A stretch of DNA of 49,618 nucleotides from Desulfuromonadaceae bacterium (GTDB lineage: Bacteria > Desulfobacterota > Desulfuromonadia > Desulfuromonadales > SZUA-540), in NCBI GenBank assembly GCA_003250235.1, contig QKGY01000088.1:1-49618 (forward strand), written 5' to 3'. Both the position numbers and the translations under genes were made by a program. The notes below the pieces were generated by a model, which had not been told where the DNA came from, searched no databases, and saw only the letters and a list, made by a program, of their open reading frames with translations. Shown piece after piece: positions 8,933 through 18,288 of the stretch (the first letter of the stretch is position 1; the number at the start of each line of letters is the position of its first letter).

Positions 8933-9288
8933 ACCATCTCCTCATCATCAATTCTGATGCATTACGATACCTGTTCCAAATCCACGAATAAATATCTTTC
9001 TTTATAACAGGACAGCAAAAATTTGAATATCTCTATTCAAGGGGCAAGGTATCGAGAAACGAAGATATACCTCTGGATAAAAAAAACATCCATATCAGCT
9101 TCGCAAAATCTACAAATAATTCCAACATGTTAAGTCATAGCGCATTAAGCAAGGTCTGTTTCTGCCAACATGGAGATGCATATTCGTTTCATACATTTTC
9201 CCCATAAAAAAATGCGCAGTTTTTATGCCGTGAGAATATTACATCGTAATTCCGGAGGGTTATAAATAATTTGTAATTTTTAATTTGT

Positions 9289-9303
9289 TGGCACAGGGGA
9301 TGC
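9289..9303 (+). promoter_or_regulatory. sigma54 (-24/-12) promoter
   Basis: TGGCACAGGGGATGC = GG-N10-GC, preceded by an AT-rich tract, about 45 nt upstream of ATG 9350. Confidence 0.8.
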
Positions 9304-9349
9304 TATATAGAAAGACAAGACAAACAAAACTCCAGCAAAGGAGGCGGCC

Positions 9350-9565
9350 ATGAAAAGAATAAGTAGTTCCATCCTGATGACCCTGGCTTCCAGCAGTGCA
9401 GCATTCGCCGCCAACCCCGTCACGGAAAGCGGTGGCCTCTTGACAACAATCTTCGTCGGATTCTTCGCCGTAGTTCTAATCGGCCAACTGATTCCGGGAT
9501 TGATACTGCTGGGCTCGATGATCAAAGGCTTATGGGAGTCGCGACTGAACGTTCATGAAAACTGA
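9350..9565 (+). CDS. small membrane protein with signal peptide, paralogue 1
   Basis: AAGGAGG RBS; AFA cleavage motif; SGxL...FxGFxA...QLxP...MxKGL shared with next gene. Confidence 0.8.
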   Translation: MKRISSSILMTLASSSAAFAANPVTESGGLLTTIFVGFFAVVLIGQLIPGLILLGSMIKGLWESRLNVHEN

Positions 9566-9607
9566 GATGCGGCACCTGCTTTCAACCTCTAACCCTAGGA
9601 GGACATT

Positions 9608-9841
9608 ATGAAAACCATGACTAAACTTATCGGTACGGCAGCCATTCTGATCGGTTCCGCCACTTCGGCCCTGGCCGCTGCAGGTATCAGAGAAGACAAT
9701 AGCGGGATCGTTGTTTGGGTGTTTCTTGGATTCTGTGCCTTGATCGTTGTCGCACAGTTGCTGCCCGCCATCATGCTGATGTTCGGAATGGTGAAAGGTC
9801 TGGCTGCGAATCCTGAAAAAGCAGTTGAGCCAACACGATAA
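9608..9841 (+). CDS. small membrane protein with signal peptide, paralogue 2
   Basis: AGGAGG RBS; ALA cleavage motif; same motif pattern as 9350..9565. Confidence 0.82.
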   Translation: MKTMTKLIGTAAILIGSATSALAAAGIREDNSGIVVWVFLGFCALIVVAQLLPAIMLMFGMVKGLAANPEKAVEPTR

Positions 9842-9858
9842 AATCGGATTAATCAACA

Positions 9859-9904
9859 GGCAGCTCCAGGCCCCCAGTGACATCGGGGAGATCCTGGAGC
9901 TGCC
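9859..9904. other. GC-rich stem-loop 3' of the small-protein pair
   Basis: GGCAGCTCCAGG/CCTGGAGCTGCC 12-bp perfect stem enclosing an inner CCCC/GGGG stem; no good U-tract. Confidence 0.7.
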
Positions 9905-10035
9905 GTCGTTATTGGAGGCATCGACCTCTACCTCCTGTTAAAAAGTTATCCTTTCGATCCGCCCCTCCTCTTAGATTCCGAAAATATCCCAAAATGGCAG
10001 CGCCCTGGGTCCTGTTTTTCTGGACGGCTCAAATA

Positions 10036-10050
10036 TGGCGTCCTTTTTGC
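10036..10050 (+). promoter_or_regulatory. possible sigma54 promoter for the REC-PilZ gene
   Basis: TGGCGTCCTTTTTGC = GG-N10-GC with TTTGC -12 element. Confidence 0.55.
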
Positions 10051-10192
10051 TATAAGATGCCCAGAAAGTCACAAGCCCGGTTCACAGGGGCAAAATCCCT
10101 AAGACGAGACAGGTGTTGGGAAAAAATGGCAAATAACACCGGGGAAATGGCGAAATGCATTGACCGCGATTTAACGGTGTGAGGAGGAAAGA

Positions 10193-10897
10193 TTGAAACA
10201 GAAGAAAGTATTACTGGTAGATGATATAGGGCTGTTCCTGGCGATGGAAACAGAATACCTTCGGCGCGAGCATTGCCAACTTTTTACGGCACGCAGCGGC
10301 AATGAGGCTCTTGAGGTGGCGCGCAGAGAAATCCCCGACCTGATCTTCATGGATCTTTTCATGCCTGATGGAAACGGCGATGATACCTGTCTGCAAATGA
10401 AAGCGGACCCTCAGCTGCAGCATATTCCAGTCGTCATCATCACCAACAGTCAGGACGAGGAGGATCTGGAGCGCTGCAGAAATGCCGGTTGCGACGATAT
10501 CCTTAACAAGCCGATTGACCGCAACATCTTTCTGGCAACCGCTTATCGTTTTCTGAACCTGAAAGATGAAGATTCTGAACGGATCAAGATCCGTCTTGAT
10601 GTCTGCTATGGGCCCGATCCTGAGCAGATGGTGCAACGCCATTCCTTCGATCTCAGCACGGGCGGCATGTTTATCGAGACCGACCGTCTTCTTCGCCGGG
10701 ACACCCAGATTCACATGGAATTCAAGCTGAGAGACAATGCTTCTCCCATTACCTGTCGGGCCAGAGTGGCCTGGGCCAATCACAGGGACTGGATGCAGAA
10801 AACAGACCTGCCGCCCGGAATGGCGATCCAGTTTCTCGACCTCCCCCTGATCAGCCGGGAGGAAATCAAAGAGTACATCCGCCGGAGCAAGCGCTAA
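10193..10897 (+). CDS. response regulator receiver + PilZ-type domain protein
   Basis: TTG start after GAGGAGG; LLVDD, FMDLFMP, NKP receiver; ER-x-K-x-R and DLSTGGMFI, ARVAW, PGMAIQF PilZ-like C-terminus. Confidence 0.88.
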   Translation: MKQKKVLLVDDIGLFLAMETEYLRREHCQLFTARSGNEALEVARREIPDLIFMDLFMPDGNGDDTCLQMKADPQLQHIPVVIITNSQDEEDLERCRNAGCDDILNKPIDRNIFLATAYRFLNLKDEDSERIKIRLDVCYGPDPEQMVQRHSFDLSTGGMFIETDRLLRRDTQIHMEFKLRDNASPITCRARVAWANHRDWMQKTDLPPGMAIQFLDLPLISREEIKEYIRRSKR

Positions 10898-10939
10898 AGG
10901 TTGCCCCAGAGCCTTACGGATAAAAGTTCTTCAGGCTCT

Positions 10940-11911
10940 TTAGCGTGCTTCCGCCAGAAGAATGGCTCGCACAGGGGCAGGATACCCCTCAATGGTCTTT
11001 GACGGATCCGAAGGGTTGAGGAAATCGGATAAGGATTCCGTCTGAATCCATTCCGTTCGCCTCTGTTCATGCGAGGTGGTCGGTGTGATATCGATGCAGC
11101 GGATGTTGTCATAGCCGGCCCGTTTGAGCCAGTTCTCAAGGCAGGGTACGGTGGGTAGAAAATAGACGTTGTTCATCTTGGCATAACGGTCCGCCGGGCT
11201 CAGCACGTAATCCCCGTCACCCTCTATAATCAGGGTTTCAAGAACCAGCTCCCCTCCCCTGCGCAGATTGTGGCGGATTTCCATCAAAGCATCGAGGGGA
11301 GATCGGCGATGATACAGCACCCCCATGCAGAAAATGGTGTCGAAATAGCGTCTCAACAGGGGCATTTCCTCAAACTTGACCGGAAGGCTGTACAGAGAGG
11401 GAACGCGGGCAAAATGCTGTAGCAACAGAAATTGGAAGTAAAAGGTCAGGTAAGGCTCGAGCCCGATCACCGAACGGGCGCCGGCAGCGGCCATACGGAA
11501 CATATAATATCCGCAGCTGCTGCCAATATCGAGAACACGGCGGCCGGCAAGAGGCGCGATTCGATTCTTGAGCCGGTTCCATTTCTGGGATGAAATCCAC
11601 TCGCTGTCGATGTCGATTCCAAAGAGGGTGAATGGCCCTTTTCTCCAGGGGCTGTAACTCTGCAGAGCCTCGACAAGGCTGTCTCTCTCTTCTTCATTCA
11701 AATCGGTTTGCGAGCCGATCCGTACCCAATCGGCATTGAAATCAATATGGGAAGGCGTAATCATGGGAAGCGCCTTGAGCGTATTCAGGTAACGGCGTCC
11801 TTTTGCGTCAACCTGCTCGATATACCGTTCTTTCCGAGCAAGAAGATCCTCGAGAGGAGCCCGATAAGCCTCGAGCTCCAGCTGTTCGATATCCCTCAAA
11901 ACACTGATCAT
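10940..11911 (-). CDS. cmoB: tRNA U34 carboxymethyltransferase CmoB
   Basis: PWRKGPF, IDSEW, VLDIG, MGVLYHRRSP, RYAKMNNVYFLP, TIEGYPAP; ATG 11911 overlaps cmoA stop. Confidence 0.95.
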   Translation of the reverse strand: MISVLRDIEQLELEAYRAPLEDLLARKERYIEQVDAKGRRYLNTLKALPMITPSHIDFNADWVRIGSQTDLNEEERDSLVEALQSYSPWRKGPFTLFGIDIDSEWISSQKWNRLKNRIAPLAGRRVLDIGSSCGYYMFRMAAAGARSVIGLEPYLTFYFQFLLLQHFARVPSLYSLPVKFEEMPLLRRYFDTIFCMGVLYHRRSPLDALMEIRHNLRRGGELVLETLIIEGDGDYVLSPADRYAKMNNVYFLPTVPCLENWLKRAGYDNIRCIDITPTTSHEQRRTEWIQTESLSDFLNPSDPSKTIEGYPAPVRAILLAEAR

Positions 11912-12645
11912 GGTCCGTTTTCCTTCAGACAGATGAGGGACGCAAAGTTGAACCACTTCATCCAGACATCCATTTTTTTGAACCCGCAGGAACGAAGCCG
12001 TTCAAAATGTTCGTCGAGGGTATCCGGGATAAGGACATTCTCAAGGGCTTCCCGTTTCTGGCTGATCTCCAATTGGGAATAGCCATTTTCCTTTTTGAAC
12101 CGGTAGTAGAACTCCTGCTGCAAACCGTCGAGGAGGGGCTCTTCATGGATGATTTTTTCCGTGAGCAGGAAAATGCCTCCGGGTTGAAGGGCCTCGTAAA
12201 TTTTGCGGACCAGTTCTTTGCGGTCTTCCCGGGGGAGAAACTGCAGTGTCAGGTTAACGATGACGACAGAAGCGTTTTCAAGGGGCACGCTACGCACATC
12301 ATCGAGAATCAGCGTGACATCCTTTGCCCGGAAGTGCCCCTCAAGGCGCTGACGATAGGCACCGAGCATGGGGGCCGAATTATCGACGCCGACCATGGAA
12401 AAAGGTGCCTGATCCATTTCATGGCAAATATTCAACCCCGTATTGCCGTTGGAACAGCCGAGGTCATACACCACCGTTCCCGCTTTGTAGAAACGGGCTG
12501 CCAGCTGGGCCTGACGACGGATATTTTCCCTGTAAAGGGGGACGGATCGGCAGATCATGTCGTCAAAAACACGCACCACCTGCTCGTTAAACGTAAAAGG
12601 TTCGATGAGCTCTTTTTTTTCTGAAAAAACCTTATCCTGCGCCAT
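11908..12645 (-). CDS. cmoA: carboxy-S-adenosyl-L-methionine synthase CmoA
   Basis: FTFNEQVVRVFDDMICRSVP, YDLGCS, TLQFL, NGYSQLEISQKREALENV. Confidence 0.95.
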   Translation of the reverse strand: MAQDKVFSEKKELIEPFTFNEQVVRVFDDMICRSVPLYRENIRRQAQLAARFYKAGTVVYDLGCSNGNTGLNICHEMDQAPFSMVGVDNSAPMLGAYRQRLEGHFRAKDVTLILDDVRSVPLENASVVIVNLTLQFLPREDRKELVRKIYEALQPGGIFLLTEKIIHEEPLLDGLQQEFYYRFKKENGYSQLEISQKREALENVLIPDTLDEHFERLRSCGFKKMDVWMKWFNFASLICLKENGP

Positions 12646-12804
12646 GACCTTTCCTCAGCAAACAGTTCCTGCCCGCGCAGGAAGAAATCATTCCCTGACC
12701 CTGTCGACGAAGGGGGTATCTTAGAGAATTTGCGGAGAACTTTCCAGCCTTACCTGTCTGCTGGAGAGGAAATTTACGAAAAGGCCGATTCCAGGATGGA
12801 TTAT

Positions 12805-13437
12805 TCAGACGGACCAAAAATGACGGCTTTTCACTTCGCAGGCCGTTAACTTTCGGTTATAGACGGCACCCGTATCGATGCCGATTCTGCTTGGGGCAAT
12901 CAGAGGGGACATCAAAGGAGTATGGCCGAAAACAATCGTCTTGCCCCAGTCGTACTCCGAATCGAGAAATTCCCCGCGGATCCAGAGCAGATCCCTTTCC
13001 TGCTGGGTATCGAGGGGAATTCCCGGCTTGAGACCGGCATGGACAAAGATGAATTCGTCCGTCGTGTAATAGAGCGGCAACCCCTCCAGGAACCAGACAT
13101 GCTCTGTTGTAGGCGTATCATAGCCGGCAGCACGATAACTCTGCAGGGTTGTCATGCCACCATTGATAAGAAAGGATACGGGGTCACGTCCTTCAAGGTA
13201 ATCGAGAAACATTGCTTCGTGATTGCCTTTAAGAAAAACACTGCGAGGGAATTGAGCTCTAAAGTCTAAAAGATAATTGAGAACCCCTCGGGAATCGGGA
13301 CCTCGGTCGACATAGTCTCCGAGAAATACCACCCTGTCGGCATCCTTGGGCGAAACCTGCTCCATAAGCTGTTCGAGCTTATCGAGACAGCCGTGGATAT
13401 CCCCCACCGCAAGGAGCCTTTCACCCTTATCACCCAT
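12805..13437 (-). CDS. calcineurin-like metallophosphoesterase (PPP/PphA-type)
   Basis: GDIHG, GDYVDRG, GNHE, VHAG, FGHTP, IDTG. Confidence 0.92.
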   Translation of the reverse strand: MGDKGERLLAVGDIHGCLDKLEQLMEQVSPKDADRVVFLGDYVDRGPDSRGVLNYLLDFRAQFPRSVFLKGNHEAMFLDYLEGRDPVSFLINGGMTTLQSYRAAGYDTPTTEHVWFLEGLPLYYTTDEFIFVHAGLKPGIPLDTQQERDLLWIRGEFLDSEYDWGKTIVFGHTPLMSPLIAPSRIGIDTGAVYNRKLTACEVKSRHFWSV

Positions 13438-13549
13438 CGCCCGATCCCGACAAACTGACTCCAGAAAACGGCCCTTATCTCTTTAATCCCTCCGAAATCT
13501 AAGAGACCCTTTTCAAAATTCTACCATGGAGTTGCCGATATCGTTCCCT

Positions 13550-13960
13550 TCAGTCCAAATCAACCGACTGCAAGGTAGAGGCATACTCCTTGTCCGTAAC
13601 CAGAATATGGTTCAACAGCCACTGACGCATCACGTTAAGAAGATCCAGGGCCATTCCGTCTACTTTTTCCCGTTCGGCACGTTTCAACAAGGAATCCATA
13701 TGGTTGCGGAAGGCCTGATGTTCCTCCCGGTGTTTTTCGTACCCGGAAAACGCATAACGCTGCATGGCCGACTCTTCACGGGCAAAATGGCTTTCAGCAT
13801 AAACCAGAAAGGGTTGAATCAGTTCACCGATCCGTTCGTCCCCATCCCCTTTACGAATCGCTTCATACACGTCATTGATCAGCGCTACGAGTTTCTGATG
13901 ATCCTGATCAAAAGGCGCCACGCCGGTTGCATAGCACTCCTGCCATTTGATGACGGCCAT
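13550..13960 (-). CDS. single-domain bacteriohemerythrin
   Basis: DQDHQKL, HFAREE, HREEH, WLLNHILVTD di-iron ligands; AAGGAGGT RBS before ATG 13960. Confidence 0.92.
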   Translation of the reverse strand: MAVIKWQECYATGVAPFDQDHQKLVALINDVYEAIRKGDGDERIGELIQPFLVYAESHFAREESAMQRYAFSGYEKHREEHQAFRNHMDSLLKRAEREKVDGMALDLLNVMRQWLLNHILVTDKEYASTLQSVDLD

Positions 13961-13980
13961 TGTCTGGACCTCCTTGGGGA

Positions 13981-15768
13981 TCAAAGCCTCAAAAGAACCT
14001 TCTCGGGACTGAGCCGACGCTCAAGTCTGCGCGCAACAAGGCTCATGGAATAGCAGCATAGGAAATAGAGGACAGCTACCGTACTGTAAATTTCAAAGGG
14101 ATAAATCATCAGACGATTGTTCAGTCCCTGAGCCACGAACGTCAACTCCAGAACTCCGATGACATAGGCCAGCGAGGTATCTTTAAATATCGCGATGAAC
14201 TGCCCGACAATCGCTGGAATCATCTGTTTGAGGGCCTGAGGAAGAATAATATATCGCATCGTCCTGTAATAGTTGAGTCCGGTACTGAGCGCGGCCTCAA
14301 ACTGCCCGGCGGGAATATTCTGGATGCCCCCGCGAACAATCTCCGCCAAATAGGCTCCGGTAAAGAGAGTCAGGGCAATGGTTGCGCTCCAGAATACATT
14401 CAGATACGTATGAATGAAAATCGGCAGAAAGAAATACACCCAGAAAATCACCATGATCAAAGGGGTTCCACGAATGATTTCTATATACAGGGTACAGGGG
14501 ATACTGAAAATTCTGTTTCTGGCCATCCTGCCGAGGCCGACAAGAAGGCCTATCCCGAAACTGGCACTGATGGCGATGACCGCCATCAGGATAGAGAAGC
14601 TCAAGCCCCCGAGCCCCCAGAGGAAATCCTCCTCGCCAGTCTGGGGAAAACGCCAGATCAGCAGAGTCCCGATATTCTGGCCGACAATGGACCAGTTCAA
14701 GCGGGATACCCCTACGAGCACCTCATAACCGAGATAGACCAGTACGGCCACCACCGCCCCTTTGAGCAACAGGGAGAGAGCTTTCTGCAGAATCAACCTC
14801 AGGCTCCTAAGAGCCGCTCGAAAGGGAGAATAGCGCAAGGATTGGCGGCGCGTTCCGAACAACAAAGAGAGCGGGTGCGCAAGAGCTTTCCAGCACACTT
14901 CAAACGGCCAGAAAAAAACATCGGCAACCCTGTAAGCGAGGCTTCGTTGCGCCGGGGGGGCTACCTGAAGGCGCAGATTGACCATATTCAGCACAGCCGA
15001 AATGGCCAGGGAAAGTCCGAGGTAAAGTACCGTGGCAGCCGTGGTGGCTTCGAACCCTTTGAAGGTCAGGGATTCGATCTGCTGCGACTGCCAGCACAAC
15101 TCGGCGACGCCGACCACCATGGCCAGGGAGGAGTTCTTCATGTTGTTAAGAAACTCACTGCCCAAAGGAGGAATGATGGCCCGAAAGGCCAGTGGGAGGA
15201 TGACGGTACGAAGCGTCTGAAAATACGTGAGTCCGGATGAATAGGCGGCTTCAAGCAACCCTTTGGAGATGGACTGCAACCCGGCCCGGATGACCTCGGC
15301 CATAAAGGATCCGGTATAGACCGACAACCCCAGAGTCGCACTCCAGAATTCGAAATTGTGGGCAAAAATCCATTCCCGGATCCCCTCCGGAAGGATCATG
15401 GGAAAAGCGAAATACCAGAAGAACAACTGGACCAGCAGTGGCGTATTACGGAAGAACTCAACGTAAGACGTCGAAATCCAGTAAACCGGTCTAAAATGCG
15501 ACAATCGCCCCAAACCGAACAGGGTCCCGAGGGCCAAGGCCACACAAGAACTGATCAGGGTTATTTCAAGGGTAACCGCCAACCCGGACAGCAGTTTGAG
15601 ACCGAGATTTTCCCCATAGGTCGCGTTCACCTCATAAAGAACGCGCCAATCAAACTGGTAGCCAAAATCAAAAAACCAGCCCCAGTAGATGATCCCCGCT
15701 ACCGCCATGACAGCGAGTACCAAGAACTGTATCCAGCGTTTTTCCAGCCAGTGTCGAAGCATTTTCAT
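13981..15768 (-). CDS. polar amino-acid ABC permease, two HisM/HisQ-type domains fused
   Basis: Two copies of R-x-TP-L and the EAA loop (AEVIRAG...EAA; AEIVRGG...EAA), KNSSL/KDTSL. Confidence 0.92.
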   Translation of the reverse strand: MKMLRHWLEKRWIQFLVLAVMAVAGIIYWGWFFDFGYQFDWRVLYEVNATYGENLGLKLLSGLAVTLEITLISSCVALALGTLFGLGRLSHFRPVYWISTSYVEFFRNTPLLVQLFFWYFAFPMILPEGIREWIFAHNFEFWSATLGLSVYTGSFMAEVIRAGLQSISKGLLEAAYSSGLTYFQTLRTVILPLAFRAIIPPLGSEFLNNMKNSSLAMVVGVAELCWQSQQIESLTFKGFEATTAATVLYLGLSLAISAVLNMVNLRLQVAPPAQRSLAYRVADVFFWPFEVCWKALAHPLSLLFGTRRQSLRYSPFRAALRSLRLILQKALSLLLKGAVVAVLVYLGYEVLVGVSRLNWSIVGQNIGTLLIWRFPQTGEEDFLWGLGGLSFSILMAVIAISASFGIGLLVGLGRMARNRIFSIPCTLYIEIIRGTPLIMVIFWVYFFLPIFIHTYLNVFWSATIALTLFTGAYLAEIVRGGIQNIPAGQFEAALSTGLNYYRTMRYIILPQALKQMIPAIVGQFIAIFKDTSLAYVIGVLELTFVAQGLNNRLMIYPFEIYSTVAVLYFLCCYSMSLVARRLERRLSPEKVLLRL

Positions 15769-15796
15769 CCTGTGCGAAGGCAGACCGTATACCGAA

Positions 15797-15826
15797 CGGG
15801 CCCTGAATCGACTGAAACAGGGCCCG
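15797..15826. other. intercistronic hairpin between binding-protein and permease genes
   Basis: CGGGCCCTG-N12-CAGGGCCCG, no U-tract; position typical of mRNA-stabilising stems. Confidence 0.55.
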
Positions 15827-15861
15827 CATGACGGACATTACGTTGTCGGTCCTACAAAGGA

Positions 15862-16689
15862 TCAGGGCCAGATCTCAATTTTACGGGTGAGCGGGAAGTA
15901 ATAGGGGGTCTCGGGACCGTACCATTTATCGTAAATCTTTTTATAGGTGCCGTCGAGCCACATATCCTGAAGCGTGAAATTGATATGATCGCGCCATTTG
16001 GAATCATCCTCAGGCAACCCGATCCCATAGGGTTCGTCGCTGAAAAAGTCACCGACCAGTTCGAATTCACCGGGAACCTGAGCGGCATAACCCAGCAAAA
16101 TCGTGCTGTCGGTCGACCAGGCCGCTACCCGGCCCATACGCAGAGCCTGAAAGCACTCGGATTCCTTCTGGAAGGAAATGACGTTCTTCTCGTAATCCGG
16201 ATCACCCAGTTCCTTGAGAAGATTCTTCACGTTGATTTCGCTGGTCGTTCCCTGCATGGTGGCAATCTTCTTGCCAACAAAATCCTTGGCATCGTGATAT
16301 TGGCCCTTTTTGGCCAAAAGCTTCTGCCCGTCAAAGAAGTAAGTGATTGAAAAATCGATAGATTTGTCGCGCTCACGTTTGTGGGTCATATTTGCAACAG
16401 ACATATCGATGCGCCCCTGCTGCACAAAAGCAATGCGTGTTTTATTGGTCACCGGAACACGCTCCAGCTTGGCTCCGGTACGCTTGGCGATTTCCTCGGC
16501 GATATCCACGTCAAACCCAACCCACTCCTTCTTGTCATTGTAAAATGCCCCGGGAATGGAATCGGTCATGATGCCTGCGCGGATCACCTTGCTTTTCATG
16601 ACCTGATCGTAGGTAGGTCCTGCAAAAGCCACCCCGATCGAGGCCAGCGAGAGAAGCAGAGCCATTGCCAGAATCTTGCGACTGATCAT
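15862..16689 (-). CDS. amino-acid ABC substrate-binding protein (family 3)
   Basis: Signal peptide, GFDVDIA, TRIAFVQQGRID, IDFSITYF, GTTSE, EPYGIG; AGGAGG RBS. Confidence 0.92.
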   Translation of the reverse strand: MISRKILAMALLLSLASIGVAFAGPTYDQVMKSKVIRAGIMTDSIPGAFYNDKKEWVGFDVDIAEEIAKRTGAKLERVPVTNKTRIAFVQQGRIDMSVANMTHKRERDKSIDFSITYFFDGQKLLAKKGQYHDAKDFVGKKIATMQGTTSEINVKNLLKELGDPDYEKNVISFQKESECFQALRMGRVAAWSTDSTILLGYAAQVPGEFELVGDFFSDEPYGIGLPEDDSKWRDHINFTLQDMWLDGTYKKIYDKWYGPETPYYFPLTRKIEIWP

Positions 16690-16759
16690 TGTTTCCTCCT
16701 GTTTCTGGATATTAGGGGACACCAAGCCACCCTGTTATGGACGGCACATGAGCATTTCA

Positions 16760-17488
16760 TCAATGAGTCAAGATCTTGCTCAGGAAGGATTTGGTTCTCT
16801 CGTTCTGAGGGTTGGAGAAAAAGGCCGTAGGTGTGTTTTCTTCAATAATCCGACCTTCGTCCATAAAGATAACGCGGTCGGCCACCTCGCGGGCGAAACC
16901 CATCTCATGGGTGACGCACACCATCGTCATCCCTTCCCGGGCCAGGTTCTTCATGACATCCAAAACCTCGTTGATCATTTCGGGATCCAGTGCCGAGGTC
17001 GGTTCATCAAAGAGCATGATTTTTGGCTTCATGGCCAACCCGCGAGCAATGGCCACGCGTTGCTGCTGCCCACCTGACAGTTGCATGGGATAGGCTTCCG
17101 CTTTATCCGGAATATTTACTTTGACCAGAAGATCCCTTGCCAGTTCTTCGGCGTCATTTCGGGTCAGGCGACGGACCATACAGGGAGCCAGGGTGATGTT
17201 CTCCAGAACCGTCATATGGGGATACAGATTAAACTGCTGAAAAACAAAGCCGACTTCGGCCCGAAGCTGCGTGAGGTTGGTTTTCGGATCCTCCAGATCC
17301 ACCCCGTCAACGACAACCTTTCCCTGCTGCACCGGTTCGAGCCGATTAATGGTGCGAATCAGGGTACTTTTTCCGGAACCGCTTGGGCCGCAGATAACCA
17401 CCACTTCACCTGGCGATACATGAAGATTGATATCTTTGAGCACATGAAGCTGATGGAACCATTTGTTGACGTTTTCAAGACGTATCAC
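16760..17488 (-). CDS. polar amino-acid ABC ATP-binding protein (GlnQ-like)
   Basis: [36 protein letters not shown]; GTG start after GAGGT. Confidence 0.95.
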   Translation of the reverse strand: MIRLENVNKWFHQLHVLKDINLHVSPGEVVVICGPSGSGKSTLIRTINRLEPVQQGKVVVDGVDLEDPKTNLTQLRAEVGFVFQQFNLYPHMTVLENITLAPCMVRRLTRNDAEELARDLLVKVNIPDKAEAYPMQLSGGQQQRVAIARGLAMKPKIMLFDEPTSALDPEMINEVLDVMKNLAREGMTMVCVTHEMGFAREVADRVIFMDEGRIIEENTPTAFFSNPQNERTKSFLSKILTH

Positions 17489-18018
17489 GAAAACCTCTTG
17501 ATTTACGCAGCCAGGAATATTTTTCTCCGGGCCAACAAGGTATGTGTCAGGCATAAGTTCGGGCGCACTATTTTCACCCAAAACACGTTTTGCCTCAAGA
17601 ACAATATTTTAATACCACCAAACGCACCCGCTATCCCGGTGAAATAAGGGATCATTCTGTTCTTTGTCGCGACAAAGAAGAAAGCGTTGGTGAAACATCA
17701 AGTAAATACGCCCCCAAAAATCCCTCTACCCCCTATCCAGAGACAACAAAAAGAAATTTAATCTCAGCGTGTTCCCTGTTTTGGCAAGGTTAAGCGTGAC
17801 CTTCGGAAATCGATGACCAGAAAGGAATACAGCCAGGACAGGCTCCCCTTGTGGTCCTCCAATGGCCCCCCCCAATAGCGATGCGTAAAATTTTTTCTAT
17901 TGTTCGATCGTTACAAATCGCAAACCACAAAAGCAGATTCAACCGTGACTAAAATATTCCGTTGTAGGAAACGTAAAGAAGGAATTCTTCAGTTGTTCCT
18001 GCAGGTAAGCAGCCACAC

Positions 18019-18288
18019 CTAACGGGCATTCAAGAGTTCCTGCAGTTTAACAAGCTTTGCCTGCATGGCGTCTTCAACCTTTTGTTCTCCGAACATATAC
18101 GTCAATTGTCCGATCATCAACGTGACATCGGCTATTTCATTAATAATGGCTTGTTCGTCCACCTTGTTGCGTTTCAAATGTTTCAAAGAGGCGATCAACT
18201 CGGCGCACTCTTCAATGGCCTGATCATACTGAGCCTCCACTCCCCATTTATCGAGGGCCGCCTGATAAATTTCCCGATAGCGTTTCAT
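18019..18288 (-). CDS. MazG-like all-alpha NTP pyrophosphatase domain protein
   Basis: IEECAEL...EIADV (EExxE...ExxD) in 89 aa. Confidence 0.75.
   Translation of the reverse strand: MKRYREIYQAALDKWGVEAQYDQAIEECAELIASLKHLKRNKVDEQAIINEIADVTLMIGQLTYMFGEQKVEDAMQAKLVKLQELLNAR

Noticed and set aside
10081-10140. CACAGGGGCAAAA similar to the GEMM riboswitch 5' end
   Set aside because: The GNRA-capped P2 and the rest of the consensus are missing.
9877-10182. 101-aa ORF between the small proteins and REC-PilZ
   Set aside because: Starts inside a hairpin, has no SD and overlaps the promoter region.
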